The position numbers and the translations under genes are program-made. A stretch of 64,000 nt of DNA from Naegleria gruberi (lineage: Eukaryota): the NCBI GenBank assembly GCA_000004985.1, contig GG738892.1, one strand, 5' to 3'. This document shows positions 40,850 to 53,690 of the stretch, in pieces (within the stretch, counting starts at the first letter, position 1; every line of letters begins with the position of its first letter). The notes under the pieces were generated by a model. It worked only from the letters and a program-made list of their open reading frames with translations. It searched no databases and was not told the DNA's origin.

Positions 40850-42118
40850 TTACAAATCGATGACCTTTGACAATTTTTGAATTCTGTTCAAGAGATGATC
40901 ACCTTGTTTAAGAGTATGATTATACAAAGTATTCTTTTCGTCTGTTCGGCTTGATTCAATGACACCAGAAACCTTATCAATCTTGGCGTTCAATTTATCA
41001 GCTGAAATAAATCTGGAAAGTTCCATATCCAAGAAATCAGGACTCAATCCAAATTGTTCAGCCATAGCATCTAAAGTTACACTCTTGTAAGCTTGCAAGA
41101 ATTGTGAATAAGCACGAACTCTCATTTCTCTTGAATAGAATCGAACATGCTTTGACAAATAACGATCCTTGATTAATTGGTTATCCATCAATTCAACCAA
41201 TGAAACCAAGAACAAGTTATATTGACAGTTATAGAATGATCTAACAAATTGTTCAGCATTTGGCAACTTGTGAATAACTGATAATACATCAGAAGATTCA
41301 AGAATATTCTTCTTCATCTCTGGTCTACCAAGTGAGAAGGTAGTCACAACAATTGTATAGAAAATGAATTGTTCAAAAGTCATAATTTCACTGGAAGAGA
41401 AAGTAGAAATTGAATCCAAGAAAAGCTTAGCAGCCTTTGAGAAGTTTCTAATTGTCATCAAGTGAATTCCTTCATAGACCTTTAATCTATTTCTTCTTTC
41501 CCAGTCACCACCTTCAACAATCAAACTATTTGCTCTTTCGAGATTTCTTTTCACAATATCCTTATCATCAAAAGCAAATCCAATACGAAGCAAAGCGAAT
41601 AAAATGTCTAATTTTTGTCCTAAAGCAACAGTTTTTGTTTCTGTTTCTCTGAAAGCAGAGAGAGCATTTTCCTTGTCTCCGATAGAGTAATAATATTGAG
41701 CTTTAGCAAGGAGAGCTTCTCTAACTTCATTTTCACCAAGATTTTGATTAGCATCAGAGATTTTATCTTCCAATTCCTTGAGTTTGTTTTGGTTAGCCTC
41801 CTTCAAAGATTGGAGCAATGTTTGATCCAACTTGAAATATGTTGGTAATTGTTGAGTGAGAACATTTTCATAATATGGTCCCATTTCTATTAATGTATTG
41901 ATGGTAAATTGTACAATGATGAAGAAGGTAAATTATACAATAATCACAAATTATGATCAATAATACATGATCGGAGCATATTACATACCCTTTTGTTTAA
42001 CAAGATCCAAAATTTCTTGAGCAAGGGCAGTCTTATTAGTTTTAGGGAAATCATTGCTTACCAAGAACTTCTTCTCGGCAAGGACAAGCAAGTGGCATAC
42101 TGGTTCGACTTCTTCCAT
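40850..42118 (-). CDS. PSMD6: 26S proteasome regulatory subunit RPN7 / PSMD6 (PCI domain), two exons approx. join(41989..42118,40850..41886) on the minus strand
   Basis: Exon 1 reads MEEVEPVCHLLVLAEKKFLVSNDFPKTNKTALAQEILDLVKQK, then a GTATGT donor. Exon 2 reads EMGPYYENV...ILFALLRIGFAFDDKDIVKRNLERANSLIVEGGDWERRNRLKVYEGIH...KGDHLLNRIQKLSKVIDL. It is near-collinear with human PSMD6. Confidence 0.85.
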
Positions 42119-42523
42119 TTTTTATGAATTATTGTTGTATGGCTTTAAAGAGTTATTTTTAGTTTTATTTTCCAGCAGCAAAAATAAAAATAAATCACAA
42201 CAATGTTTTGCTGAAGTGATGCTCATCATAGAATCATATTTCGGAATACAGTATTGTGATGGGAAGCCTCAACCTTGAAAATATCAATAAATTGATTATG
42301 GCATTGAGTTTTATTATTTATAACATGGGCAGGAATGAAATTTGGAATTAATTTGATATTTAATTTTATGATAATTATTTCAATAGTTTGATGAAATTAA
42401 TTTGATTACATTTTTATCAACATTTTCACAAAATAATCAGCAAATGGTATCCTATTGCCATTATTTAGAAATATTATTGGAAAGGTTAATTAATTTTATT
42501 AAATTATTTATGAATAGTTTAGA

Positions 42524-43372
42524 TTATTCTTGGAAACTTGTACCTGAGGTCAAATCTTTAATATTGGCAAGTTCCTCTAAATTCTTCTCATATTTGGATG
42601 AAACAAATGGATAAGCATCATCACCAATTGGTAATCTAAATGGAATTTCTCTTCCTTGAGCAGATCCACTTTGAGTAACAACATCGAATAATCTTTCGGC
42701 AAGTTTCTTTGGATCACCTGATTGTTTGTGATGAATACTAGTCAAATCAAACTCATTGTAATGTTGATCATAGTCAGAAACAGTTCTTTTCACAATAACC
42801 ATATTATTTGGAGAAGCAAGCTCAGTTCTAAAGAATCCAGGCTCCACTACCAAAACCTTAATACCAAGATGTTGAACTTCATCTTTCAAAGATTCAGATA
42901 AACCTTCCAATGCAAACTTTGTGGCTGGATACAAACTTGATGCCTTGAAACCACTGACACCTGCAAGTGAGCTAATATTAACAATTACTCCAGTCCTTCT
43001 TGAACGCATATGAGGAAGAACAGCCTTAATTAACTTGAGTGGACCGAAGAAGTTTGTGGAAAATAGTTTTTCAGTTTCTTCTTCAGAGGTTTCTTCTATT
43101 GAACCCCAAATTGCAAATGCTGCATTATTGACAAGAATGTCAATTTGACCATATACATTGATGGCATCATTCATTAATGAGGAGAGTTGCTTTTCGGAAA
43201 GTGTAACATCGAGTTGCAATGTATGTGCTCCTAATTCTTTCAAATCCTTAATGCTGTCTAAATTACGAGCTGCAGCAATGACCTTGTCACCTCCCTTTAA
43301 GACTGCCTTCGCAATTTCTTTTCCAATTCCTGAGCTAGTACCAGTAACAAACCATACACGATTTTGAGACAT
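42524..43372 (-). CDS. Short-chain dehydrogenase/reductase (SDR)
   Basis: TGTSSGIG cofactor motif, NNAAF, and the catalytic YxxxK in SLYPATKFALEGLSESL. Confidence 0.75.
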   Translation of the reverse strand: MSQNRVWFVTGTSSGIGKEIAKAVLKGGDKVIAAARNLDSIKDLKELGAHTLQLDVTLSEKQLSSLMNDAINVYGQIDILVNNAAFAIWGSIEETSEEETEKLFSTNFFGPLKLIKAVLPHMRSRRTGVIVNISSLAGVSGFKASSLYPATKFALEGLSESLKDEVQHLGIKVLVVEPGFFRTELASPNNMVIVKRTVSDYDQHYNEFDLTSIHHKQSGDPKKLAERLFDVVTQSGSAQGREIPFRLPIGDDAYPFVSSKYEKNLEELANIKDLTSGTSFQE

Positions 43373-43579
43373 TTTGAGAGTTATATATTGATTATTGTAT
43401 TTGTTTTTTTTTGTGAACTATGTTGTGTTGCCCTCATTGAGTTTTATTCGTTTCTGAATAAAAATTATACGCACGAGCTTGGTTGAATTCGAGCGAGGTT
43501 TCAAAATTTGTGCTCCATCAAAGGTTGTCCAGAGAAAGTCATGCCACACTTGTATAATAGATTCACCGAGCTGGTTTTA

Positions 43580-44551
43580 TTATCGTTTTGTTGTGCCTCT
43601 ACTTGCTGGCTTCTTTTTGTCTCCAACCATTTGTTCCAACTCTGCAATTCTTGATTCAAGTTCTGCAATTCTATTGAGTGACATTTCTTCAATTTCCTTC
43701 TTGATTGGTTCCAATTGTTTGAGAATTTGAGGGTGAGGAACAGATTTCTTTGGCTCCTCAATTTTTGGATGTTCTTCCTTAGTTGGTACTTCAATCTTTG
43801 GAGGAGGTGATTCTTGTTGCTGTTGTTGTTGCTGTTGTTGCTGGATAATGGCTATTCTCTTTGCCTCCTCTTCATGTTCAATTCTCTTCTTTTCTGAATG
43901 TTCAGCCTCTGTGATTGCTTTATTAAGTGGCAACATTGAAAATGGTTGTTCCATAACCAGTAATTTCGATAAAGGTTGAATAATATCCAAAGTTGCATTT
44001 TGTTTTGGGCAAAACACATACTGATACATTTTGTAATGTCTATAAAAACTATTTACATAATATTGTATCCTTTAAAATTAGTGATTAATCTTTAAACCTA
44101 CGTATTGTAAACATAATCTGAAATCTTCTTTACATCATCAACATGAAACACTTCAACACTGAATGGGGGTCTATGTACACTGTATTTTGTCATTAATTGT
44201 TTGAAATGAATAAAACTATCATAAAGAGTAATGTCATTATTTGATGTATCCCTATGAATATCCTTTATGATTGTAAATATTGCTGAAATCTTTTCTAGGG
44301 TAAATTTGTTTCTTATTGCAAACATGATTGTATGAACAAAAAGATCGGAAAGAATTTGATATTGTTTTAAGGATAAATCGGGATACATTTCATAAAGATC
44401 CATAACCTCTTGCAAATTCCTATTGTTATTTCATTCCGATGTGATTTCAAATTCCAACAAGATGATTTACCTACTTTTTCAGATCATCAACACATGCAAT
44501 ATTGCCCAGTATTGCATGAATTTGTTCCGCAGTCAAATCTAACCATAACAT
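43580..44551 (-). CDS. Conserved hypothetical protein with a coiled-coil and poly-Q C-terminal region, three exons (approx. 44475..44551, ~44107..44419, 43580..~44056)
   Basis: Exon 1 is MLWLDLTAEQIHAILGNIACVDDLK, then a GTAGGT donor. Exon 2 is NLQEVMDLYEMYPD...DYVYNT, then a GTAGGT donor. Exon 3 is FYRHYKMYQYVFCPKQ...QQQQQQQQQQQ.... No family assigned. Confidence 0.45.
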
Positions 44552-44766
44552 GTTTTTTTCTGTAACTTGTAAAACTACAATAAGGCGCCAAAATTTTTGA
44601 TATTTAAATTGGAGAGTATTGTTTTATTTTGATATAAATCTTATTCTATACAAATGTTTTAATAACAAATTACTATATATTGTTATTCTAATAATTAGAT
44701 GGGTTTAAAGTTATATATGTATGATACATTAAATAAATAAATCTAGAGAAATTGTGTGAGGAGAAA

Positions 44767-45254
44767 TTACTCATTGGAAGGATTGGATCCGTTTTGAGGT
44801 GTTGATGAAGGTGGCATGTTTGACATCATTGAAGATGAAGATGATCTAGTTTGTACTAATTCGTTGGCTAAACTGTCAGAATAATATTCAGGCTTTTGAA
44901 TGTTAATTCCGTAATCTTTCAATGAATGATATAAATCCTCAGTGGCCAAAACATAACGTGGTTCCTTTCCTTGTTGTTTGGCTGTTCTTCTAGCACAAAA
45001 TCCGTGGGATTCCTTGCAAATTTCGGCCAAGAATTTATGTGCAGAGAGGGAAACTAATCGGAGCACTCTCTTGTCTGTTGTTTTAAATCCTGATTGTTGA
45101 AGATAATATGAAATTATTTGATCCGGAATCTGTTATACAAATGATCCACATTCCAATTAATTTTTAATCATTATGCTAATATACATACAGCTGGATTATA
45201 GTCTTCCATAGAATCCAAAAACTCTTGCATATCCTTGTATTTTTGATCCGACAT
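44767..45254 (-). CDS. TAF10: TFIID subunit TAF10, two exons approx. join(45189..45254,44767..45129) on the minus strand
   Basis: Exon 1 is MSDQKYKDMQEFLDSMEDYNPA, then a GTATGT donor. Exon 2 is IPDQIISYYLQQSGFKTTDKRVLRLVSLSAHKFLAEICKESHGFC...RYVLATEDLYHSLKDYGINIQKPEYY. This matches the TAF10 histone-fold region (EDYTPTIPDAVTGYYL...IRLISLAAQKFISDI...YTLTMEDLTPALSEYGINVKKPHYF). Confidence 0.75.
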
Positions 45255-45412
45255 TTTTTTCACTTTTATTTTTAAAATCATTGCAAGTTATCACCATCAT
45301 TCTTTTGCATTATTCAATTAAACAAAATAATCCTGTTTTGCTACTGACGTCTTAATGCTTGTTTTTGAAATTTTTACTCGGAAGTGTTTTATAAATTTAT
45401 ATTTTATTAGGT

Positions 45413-45790
45413 TTAGATGTTTGATGGGAAAAGGAAAACTCTAACTGGTTGAGCAAGAGCAGTAGTTGGCAATTGAGGAGCGAATTTAGCTCTAACAACA
45501 CCAGAGTTACCGTGAGCTCTAGTAATCTTACCCCAGACAACTCTCAAACCCTTGAATGTGTTTGAACCAGAGGTCAATGACTTTTCACCCTTGTAGAGAT
45601 AAGCAACTCTCTTACCAATGTAGAATTGAGCAGCTTCCTTGGTGGAGACACCTTCGAGTTGGAGGAGGGAGGTGTTTTCGTATTGTCTAACCTTTGATCT
45701 CTTGTAACCCAAGACACGTCCTCTAACCCAGAGTCTGCTTTCCTTAACCTTTCCTTGGAAGGTAACTCTCTTGCTTGTGGTGGTGACCAT
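45413..45790 (-). CDS. RPL35A: 60S ribosomal protein L35a (eL33)
   Basis: Single exon: MVTTTSKR...[30 protein letters not shown]...[10 protein letters not shown]...[20 protein letters not shown]. Confidence 0.9.
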   Translation of the reverse strand: MVTTTSKRVTFQGKVKESRLWVRGRVLGYKRSKVRQYENTSLLQLEGVSTKEAAQFYIGKRVAYLYKGEKSLTSGSNTFKGLRVVWGKITRAHGNSGVVRAKFAPQLPTTALAQPVRVFLFPSNI

Positions 45791-46148
45791 TCTCTGTTAA
45801 TGTAAAAGTTTATGTTGAAAATATTTGTTTGGTGATGAAAATCCTTTGGTAAGAAAAATGAAGTATGTTGACTACGTACGAATTTTGCTATTTTTTTTTC
45901 GAAACAATTTCCTAGTTGTTTGGGAGGTATTGTATTTTACAATGAAAAAATGAGCCTGGTAAAAGCCAACAAGCAAAGCACCGTCATAAAAAAATTCTTC
46001 GCAGTCTAATAAACACACAACCCAGTTTTTCAACACATATTTGTGATTATTATTGGGAGTTTATTCTCTCTTGGATTGTATTATACATTATTGTCTTCTA
46101 TTTTACAAGTTTATTTTTCTGATGGTGGTGCCTCTTTTCGAAAAGCAT

Positions 46149-46457
46149 CTACTGCTCGCTATTCTCTTCAAGATCATCAGATGAAGGAATAATCTTACGC
46201 ATATCGGATGCTATCTTCATCTTTTCCTCTAAATTATACATGGCCTGTAAGAGCATGGAACTCTTCAATTCTCTCATCAACAATTGTTGTTCGTCTTCAT
46301 TGTGAAGGGAGTTCTTGTCCTTTCTAAATTTCTCTTGAATCTTTTCGTACTTGGCAATCTCCTTATCTATAATTTCAGCAGCAACATCCATGTTTTGCTC
46401 ACTCTTATAATCTAAACCCTTTCCTTCCAACAACCATTTTACTTTATCAGATGGCAA
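46149..46457 (-). CDS. Hypothetical small coiled-coil protein; 5' exon not located
   Basis: The ORF has no ATG. A strong ttttacag acceptor sits just upstream of LLPSDKVKWLLEGKGLDYKS..., so at least one upstream exon is missing from my model. Confidence 0.3.
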   Translation of the reverse strand: MPSDKVKWLLEGKGLDYKSEQNMDVAAEIIDKEIAKYEKIQEKFRKDKNSLHNEDEQQLLMRELKSSMLLQAMYNLEEKMKIASDMRKIIPSSDDLEENSEQ

Positions 46458-46680
46458 TAATTCTGTAAAACCCCTAATATTATTATTTCCAAAAGATATT
46501 ACAAGAAAGTCAAGATCCGATATTCCACATTCAACAATTAATATTTACCATAATAACGTTCAAAACAACATCATTGACTAAGAACCTTACTATAAGTCTA
46601 ACCTACATTTTTTTAATTCCTTAAACTTTAAACATTTTTCGAGAGAAGCAAACTTGGCGCCAATTTCAAATTCAAAAAAA

Positions 46681-49600
46681 ATGAAAAGAAGAATAATCCA
46701 AGACGAAGATGATGAAATGATGAATAGTGTGAATATCAAAGATGAATCGAGTAATGATTCCAATGGAAATGTTGCATCACAATTTCGGAGATTGTCAATA
46801 CATAATGTGATGAATGAAACTCTTCTTCCTCTTCCTTCCGATATCGATACACCCATCCTATCCGAAAAGGAGAAGAAGAAACAATATAACAACTTGATCC
46901 GTACAGCAAGAGATTTGGAAAAGAAAGGGGAAGATCCAGTTAAATTCATTCACATGTTCGAACAGGCCTATTCTCTCTTCAGTGTTGATGATAAATTATC
47001 AAAAAAAATTGAAAAATATAAGAGATTATTGGCAGAAAGGATTTTTCTAGAACAGACTCAAATGTTACAAACTGAAACTAATCAAAATATTGTAAAGAAT
47101 GAACCAATTAGGACCTCGTTTGCAACCAATTCTTCAATCAACTTGCAAATTAAAGAGGAAAAGCTCATTCTTCCAACAACTCCAAAAAGTTCAAGAGAAA
47201 TTCCAGCCAGCTCTATAATATCACCCTTCATGTCTCCTCAATCTGAAAAAACAAAACGATTTGAAAAGCTTCCTAATGGATTCATTTATGATAAGAAGGC
47301 TGATATTTATATTCTCATGGATGCCAAATCAAAACAAGATAGAAAGATACCATTTAAACTCTCCTCAAAAATTTATAATCAACTTTATGACTATCAAAAG
47401 GAAGGCCTCTTATGGTATTGGGGAAAACATATCAGTATTCGAAATGATATTTCAGGAGGAATATTGGCTGATGATATGGTAAGTTTTTCAAATTTCACAT
47501 ATTCTATAACACAACATTTTCAATTTAACTTTATAGGGTCTTGGAAAAACAGCAACAACAATTTCATTCCTGTCTGGACTCTTCTCTGGTGATAGTGTTA
47601 AACATGTTCTAATTGCAATGCCTGTGAGTTTAGTAGAAAATTGGAGAAAGGAATTTAATGTTTGGAGTGAAGGAGATTTTAATATTTTCATTTTCCACTC
47701 ACTTACCAAGAAACAACGTACTGATATTTTGGATCAATATAAGCAGGAGGGTGGTGTACTACTAACAACGTACGGTACTATATCATCTCAGATAGATTTA
47801 TTCACAGATAGTTATGTGAAGGATGGATATCAGTTTGATTATATTATTCTGGACGAAGGTCACAAGTTGAAAAACCCAAGCACCCTTTTATCTAAATGCT
47901 TACACAAACTCCCAAGCACCATGTGTAGAATTGTTATTAGTGGTACACCTGTCCAAAATAACTTGATGGAAATGCATGCATTAATGGATTGGATATTTAA
48001 GGGAACATTATTAGGAGATAGAAAAACATTTAAGGATGAGTTTGAAAAGAAGATTGTCAGAGCCAATGAAAAGGATGCCACTAGTTTCGAACAAAAGTTA
48101 GGCGCTGAGATTTTGAGACGTTTCAGAGAAGTCATTAGCCCACACATGTTGAGAAGAGAAAAATCACAAGTTCTGCAGCGTATTCAACCTGCTGACGCAA
48201 ACAACTTGAGAAAATCCATTGGAGGATCGTTACAAAAGAAAATTAGTAAGAAGAACGATTTGGTAATTTGGATCAAGTCCACTAATTATCAATTGGAGCT
48301 CTACAGAGAATTTCTTAAAAGTGAGGATGTGCATGAGGTTATTCACGAATCTACCTCTCCTCTTGCAGGTAAGTTACTATTTCAAATTAATTCAATTTAC
48401 AACAATCCAAGCCATTACAATTTTGAAGCAAATATGTTGCCATCCTGATCTGCTCCCAAAAGTACAAAAGAAATCTAAAAATATCAAGGAAATGATTGCC
48501 ATGAGTGGTAAAATGATTTTCCTTCGAAAACTGGTTCAACAACTTTATGAAGAGGATGAAAAATGTTTAATATTCAGTCAAAGTTCAAAAATGTTAGACA
48601 TGATAGCCTCAATGCTCAAATACATTAATATTTCCTACACGAGAATAGATGGTACTATTAACGATACTAAAGAAAGACAGAGAAGAGTTGACTCATTTAA
48701 TAGTGAAAATTCACCATATTTTTGTTTCTTATTGACCTCTCAAACAGGAAGTGTAGGGCTTACTTTGACAGCTGCCACTAGAGTTATTTTGTTTGATCCG
48801 TCATGGAATCCAACTCAAGGTAAGTTTTATTTCATATAACAAAACTAGACAATATTTTAGATAACCAAGGTATGTAAAGTGAATGATACTTATGTAAATT
48901 AATAATTTCTAGCTGCTGACAGATGTTACAGAATTGGCCAACTGAAGGATGTTGTTGTATATAGACTTATTTCATGCTCTACTATTGAGGAGAAAGTATA
49001 TAGAAAGCAAGTTTTTAAAGATGCCATCTTTAGATCTACCACAGAAAAGGAAAACCAATATAGGTACTTTACAAAATCAGAGTTAAAAGAACTATTCTCT
49101 TTGCCTCAGAACCCTAATGCATCTGAAACACAATTACAACTCGAAAATATTCATACACCATCTCCCAATCATCATAGTGAGAAACTGAAACAACATTTGG
49201 AAACGATCAAAAACTTGGCAAAGGATGTAATGACAGGATTCAGCAATCATGATCTTCTCTACTCAAAGGAAGCTGATGACTATGAAGATGGAACAGCCGA
49301 TAATGAAAGAGAAATATCAATGCTTGCTGACAATTCAGCAAGAGCTTTGAACTATCCTTCTCATATGACTGATTCTCCACAAAATAAGAAAAAATCAACT
49401 AAAACCAAGACAAAAACATCACAAAAATCAACAGATGCAGAGTGGAAAGTTGCTGGTGATGCACCACCTCCTTCAGAATTTCTTTTGACCTCCCTTTCTG
49501 ACATACAGAAGGATAAGAGTATCAACGAGGAAGCATTCCTCACTCAAATCAACACAACAAATCTATCAAACGAGAATTGTAAACAAATGATAAAAGGGGT

Positions 49601-50712
49601 GAGGACTCACGGTGAAACAGGATTTTGGAAGAGAATATTGGATAACTTTTTACCGAAGTCTTTACTTACACAAAATCAATTGGAAAATGAGTGGAAGAAT
49701 TTCAAGATGGGAAAGACTATTGAGCATTTGAATCAAATACTTACACATTTTGATCATGAGTTTACTGTAAAACCAGAAATGCCAAAGATTAGATCTCAAG
49801 TGGCTCTAGTGGGTAATAATCCTTCTCAACTTCCTCCAAAAGTCAACTCTAAGGCAGAGGTTCCATCCTTTAAAAATCCAGCAAAAAAGACACTGATAAA
49901 ACCACCACCAAAAGATCCTAAAACACCAATTAGAAAAGAGGATAGAGAGCCAGAATTGAGTCCATCAGATGATGATAATGATGACATGATGATGAGCCCA
50001 CCAGCCATCCTCTCTCCAGATATTCTTCCAAAGAGAAAATCCTTAGTTGCAGATCCAGATAAGTTCAGAAGAAGACTTTCTTCCATCTTTGGCTTGATCA
50101 ATGAAGATGAAGATGATTTTGAACCATCTGATAAGGAAGAGGAAGAAATTATGGACTCGTCAAGAAAATGAAAATGAAAAAACCACACAAGTTAAGGATG
50201 AGTTTCCAATTGTTGGGAAGAGCACTTTCATCGATGATGCTGCTGATACAGAGGAAGATGACGGAGATTATGAACCATCTGATGAAGAGGAAATTGATTC
50301 AGATGATGATTTTATTGACGATGACGATACCATCTATGATGACGAAGAGGATGACCCAATGCAAATGACACCAATGACACCAAAGCCAAAATTCAATAAG
50401 GTAATTGATGATGACGAAGATTATGGAATGGAAACACAGAGTGCAGGTGGAAATAACAGAGATGACATGCTCTTCTCTCCAATGTTAGAAACACCAATGA
50501 CTCCAGAGGCTTCCAATGCCAATATGATAACAACAAGTGAAGATAAGTCTGCACACTATCTCAGTATGCTTCGTCAGGCAAGAGCTGTTGAGTTGAGTGG
50601 TGATATTTTGAAAGCTATCAATCTTTATATGAATGCATTGGAAATCGATGATAGCGACATTAATCTGCATTGCAAGATTAATCATTTAGCTAAAGCACTT
50701 TCATTCGAATAA
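46681..50712 (+). CDS. SNF2-family DNA translocase with N- and C-terminal TPR-like regions (PICH/ERCC6L-like or ERCC6/Rad26-like), at least four exons; the C-terminal part is in a different frame
   Basis: Exon 1 runs 46681..47478 and contains an N-terminal TPR-like helix (NLIRTARDLEKKGEDPVKFIHMFEQAYSLF) and DYQKEGLLWYW...GGILADDM, then a GTAAGT donor. Exon 2 runs 47537..48368: GLGKTATTISF...ILDEGHKLKN (DEGH box)...SPLAG. Exon 3 runs ~48412..48819 after a ~43-bp intron: AITILKQICCHPDLL...helicase-C (FLLTSQTGSVGLTLTAATRVILFDPSWNPTQ). Exon 4 starts ~48912: AADRCYRIGQ...to a stop at 50171. The +1 frame (ORF 50101..50712) continues with an acidic DYEPSDEEE repeat and a TPR-like LSMLRQARAVELSGDILKAINLYMNALEIDD. 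Confidence 0.7.
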
Positions 50713-50739
50713 ATGTCATGAAGAAAAACATTGAAAAGT

Positions 50740-53196
50740 TTAATCCGAGAGATCTGCATCTTCAATTTCACCTTCAGAGAACAGTACTGTGAAGGCATCT
50801 TGAGGTACTGAAACAGAACCGAGTTGTTTCATCTTCTTCTTACCTTCCTTTTGCTTTTCTAACAATTTACGTTTTCTGGTAATATCACCACCATAACACT
50901 TGGCTGTGACGTTCTTTCTGAAAGCTTTCAACTTTTCACTAGCAATAATCTTCAATCCTACAGCACATTGAATGTTAACTTCGAAGAGTTGTCTGGAAAT
51001 GAGCTTCTTCAATCGTTGGACAACATCTCTTGCTTTAAAGTATGCCTTACTTTCGTGTACAATGTACGACAAGGCATCAACAGGATCCTTATTGAGCATG
51101 ACAGTCAATTTTACAACGTCAGATCTTTCAAATCCAGCTTCCTCGTAATCTAAGGTGGCATAACCCTTGGTCATGGATTTCAATTTGTCAAAAAAGTCCT
51201 GAAAGTGTTGTTAGATCTATTTTCAAATAATTATGAAATACTTACATAAATCATTTCGTTGAGTGGAATCTTGTATTGCATGGAAACTCTTTCAGCAGAG
51301 AAGTATTCCATATGAATTTGGACACCTCTTCTTTCCTGACACAAGGTAATAATATCACCAACAAACTCTCTTGGAGTCATAATTGTACAGTTAGCCATAG
51401 GTTCATAAACTTCAGCTTCTGGATTTTCTGGGAAATCATTAGGGTTATCGATATATTCAATGATTTCATCTTCTACAGTATTAAAAGATGTCTTCTTTCC
51501 AGTATTCTTTGTTACAATCTTGTAAGTAACTGTTGGAGCAGTGATAATTGTTTCAATGGTAAATTCTTGGGCTAATCTTTGCTTAAATACGTCCATGCTA
51601 TTGAGGTTTAGAAAAAAAGAGAAATTTGGGTTTAAAACTTACTGAAGCAATCCCAAGAATCCACATCTGAATCCAGTTCCTAGAGCAGCACTAGTTTCTT
51701 TTTCAATAGTGACGCTTCTGTCTGTCAAGAGTAACTTGTCAATGACATCTCTCAACTTATCAAATTCAGCAGTATTCAGAGGATAAATACCAGCATAAAC
51801 CATAGGTTTGGCTTGCTTAAAACCAGGTAATGGTTCAATCTTTGAATCCCAAATATAGAGGGTGTCACCAATCTGGGCTTCCTTTGTACTCTTCATTCCA
51901 CAAATGAGATAACCAACTTGACCTTGATATAATTTATCAGTTGGAACTTGGTCAGGATTCATGATACCCAACTTGGTAACTTGATATTTGGTTGGTTTTG
52001 CAGAGTTTTTAACATTTGCATGTGAGTAAATGAAATCACCAACCTCAACAGAACCTTGGGCAATATAAACAAGTGAAACAACTCCAAAATATTCATCATA
52101 CCATGAATCGAAAATCAAAGATTTTAAGGCCCCAGGAGTTTCTCCTTCACTAACTTTTGGTGGTTCAGGTGCTGGAATTTTCTCAATAACTGCAGGAATA
52201 ATCTTTTGACAATTCAAACCAGTTTTAGCACTCACTTTGATAATTTCATCTTTTTCTACGCCCAAAATTCCAGTCATATCTTCTTCTACAAGCTCAGGTT
52301 GAGCTGTTTGTTGGTCAATCTTAGTCATAATTGGAATAATTTCAAGATTTTCTTCCAATGCCAAGAAATAATTGGCCAATGTTTGAGCTTGGACGCCTTG
52401 TCCAGAGTCAACAAGTAATAAAGCACCATCACAAGCACCCATACTTCTACTGACTTCATAACTAAAGTCAACGTGTCCCTATATAAATTTGAATTTCAAA
52501 ATTCCACACATTTCCATTATTTCTTCAACTACTTACTGGTGTATCAATCAAATTTAATAAATATTTCTTTCCATTATATTCGTAAAACATTGCACATGAT
52601 TGTGCCTTCACAGTAATACCTCTTTCTCTCTCAACTTGTAATCTATCGAGAAATTGTGCATTATCCTTCAAAAGTTCAGCAGTAATTGTATTAGTTTCCT
52701 TCAGTAAATAATCAGCCAATGTACTTTTTCCGTGGTCAATGTGTGCAATGATACAAAAATTACGAATATATTCAGGAGTGAATCCCGATAAATCCAAAGC
52801 AGATTTGTTATGTTCCTTGATCTTTTTAGCATTGGTTGGAAGGACAGAATAATTTCTAACTTGTTGTTGTTTACTAAATCCAATATTTCTCATCCAAACA
52901 TTACTATAGATATTATTTCTATTCATGATGGAAAGTCTCTTCAATTCCTCTTTTAATTCCGAGCATTCAAAAACCAATCCATTCTTGTTACTTTTGCTCA
53001 CATAATTTCTCCTATTATTTTCATTATCATTGGACAAGGAGGATGACAACATTTTGATACTATTTCCATTATGATGATGACTATGACTATGATTCAAATG
53101 GCATTGATGATGAAGAAGCGAATTCAAGCTCTCCGAACAAGTGCTGCTGCTAAAACTCGTCGTCCTATTCGGAAGGAAGAATAATCGATATTGCAT
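50740..53196 (-). CDS. GUF1: Translation factor GUF1 (mitochondrial LepA/EF4 GTPase), four exons approx. 52537..53196, 51643..52478, 51246..51597, 50740..51198 (minus strand)
   Basis: Exon 1 has an N-terminal presequence-like region, then G1 [20 protein letters not shown]...RGITVKAQ...LIDTP, then a GTAAGT donor. Exon 2 is [24 protein letters not shown]...[10 protein letters not shown]. Exon 3 is [28 protein letters not shown].... Exon 4 is [19 protein letters not shown]...[37 protein letters not shown], the LepA C-terminal domain. Introns are 45-58 bp. Confidence 0.85.
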
Positions 53197-53690
53197 TTTT
53201 TATTCTTTTTGCAATTTTATTATTCTGTCTCATAGCCATGTAGAACTAAAAAGTGAAGTGATTCAGGAAAATAAGATTAATAATATTATTCTCAATATTT
53301 AAATCTTTATTTTCCTTAATTAAATTAATTTTATGTCAACAATTAAAATAACATTTACTATTGAGAGAATTCAATATCGATTCAAATTATCCATCTCAAA
53401 TGAGAAACTTATACTCATTACAATCCTGATAATTCTGATGATTCTCTCCTCTCTTCACTATCAATATTTTCTTTGATTCGCACCAATTCAAGCAAGAGAA
53501 CCAACAACAAGTCATGGTCAATTCATGTACCCACCTCAATTTCTTTAAAAGCAAGATTACCAACCTTGCTTCTTATTCTCCCTCTCGAAAAAAAACCTCC
53601 AAAATCGACGGCGAGCAGAGAAGAAGGCTTTTTTCGGGGAGCAAAGAGACATTAAAAACATCAGCAACATAACAGAAGAAGAACACGAGA

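Noticed and set aside
50101-50712. Treating ORF 50101..50712 as an independent gene.
   Set aside because: It overlaps the helicase stop in the +1 frame, repeats the acidic motif of the upstream frame and carries a TPR-like segment expected for this helicase family. It is more plausibly the C-terminus of the same gene, separated by a frameshift or unmodelled splice.
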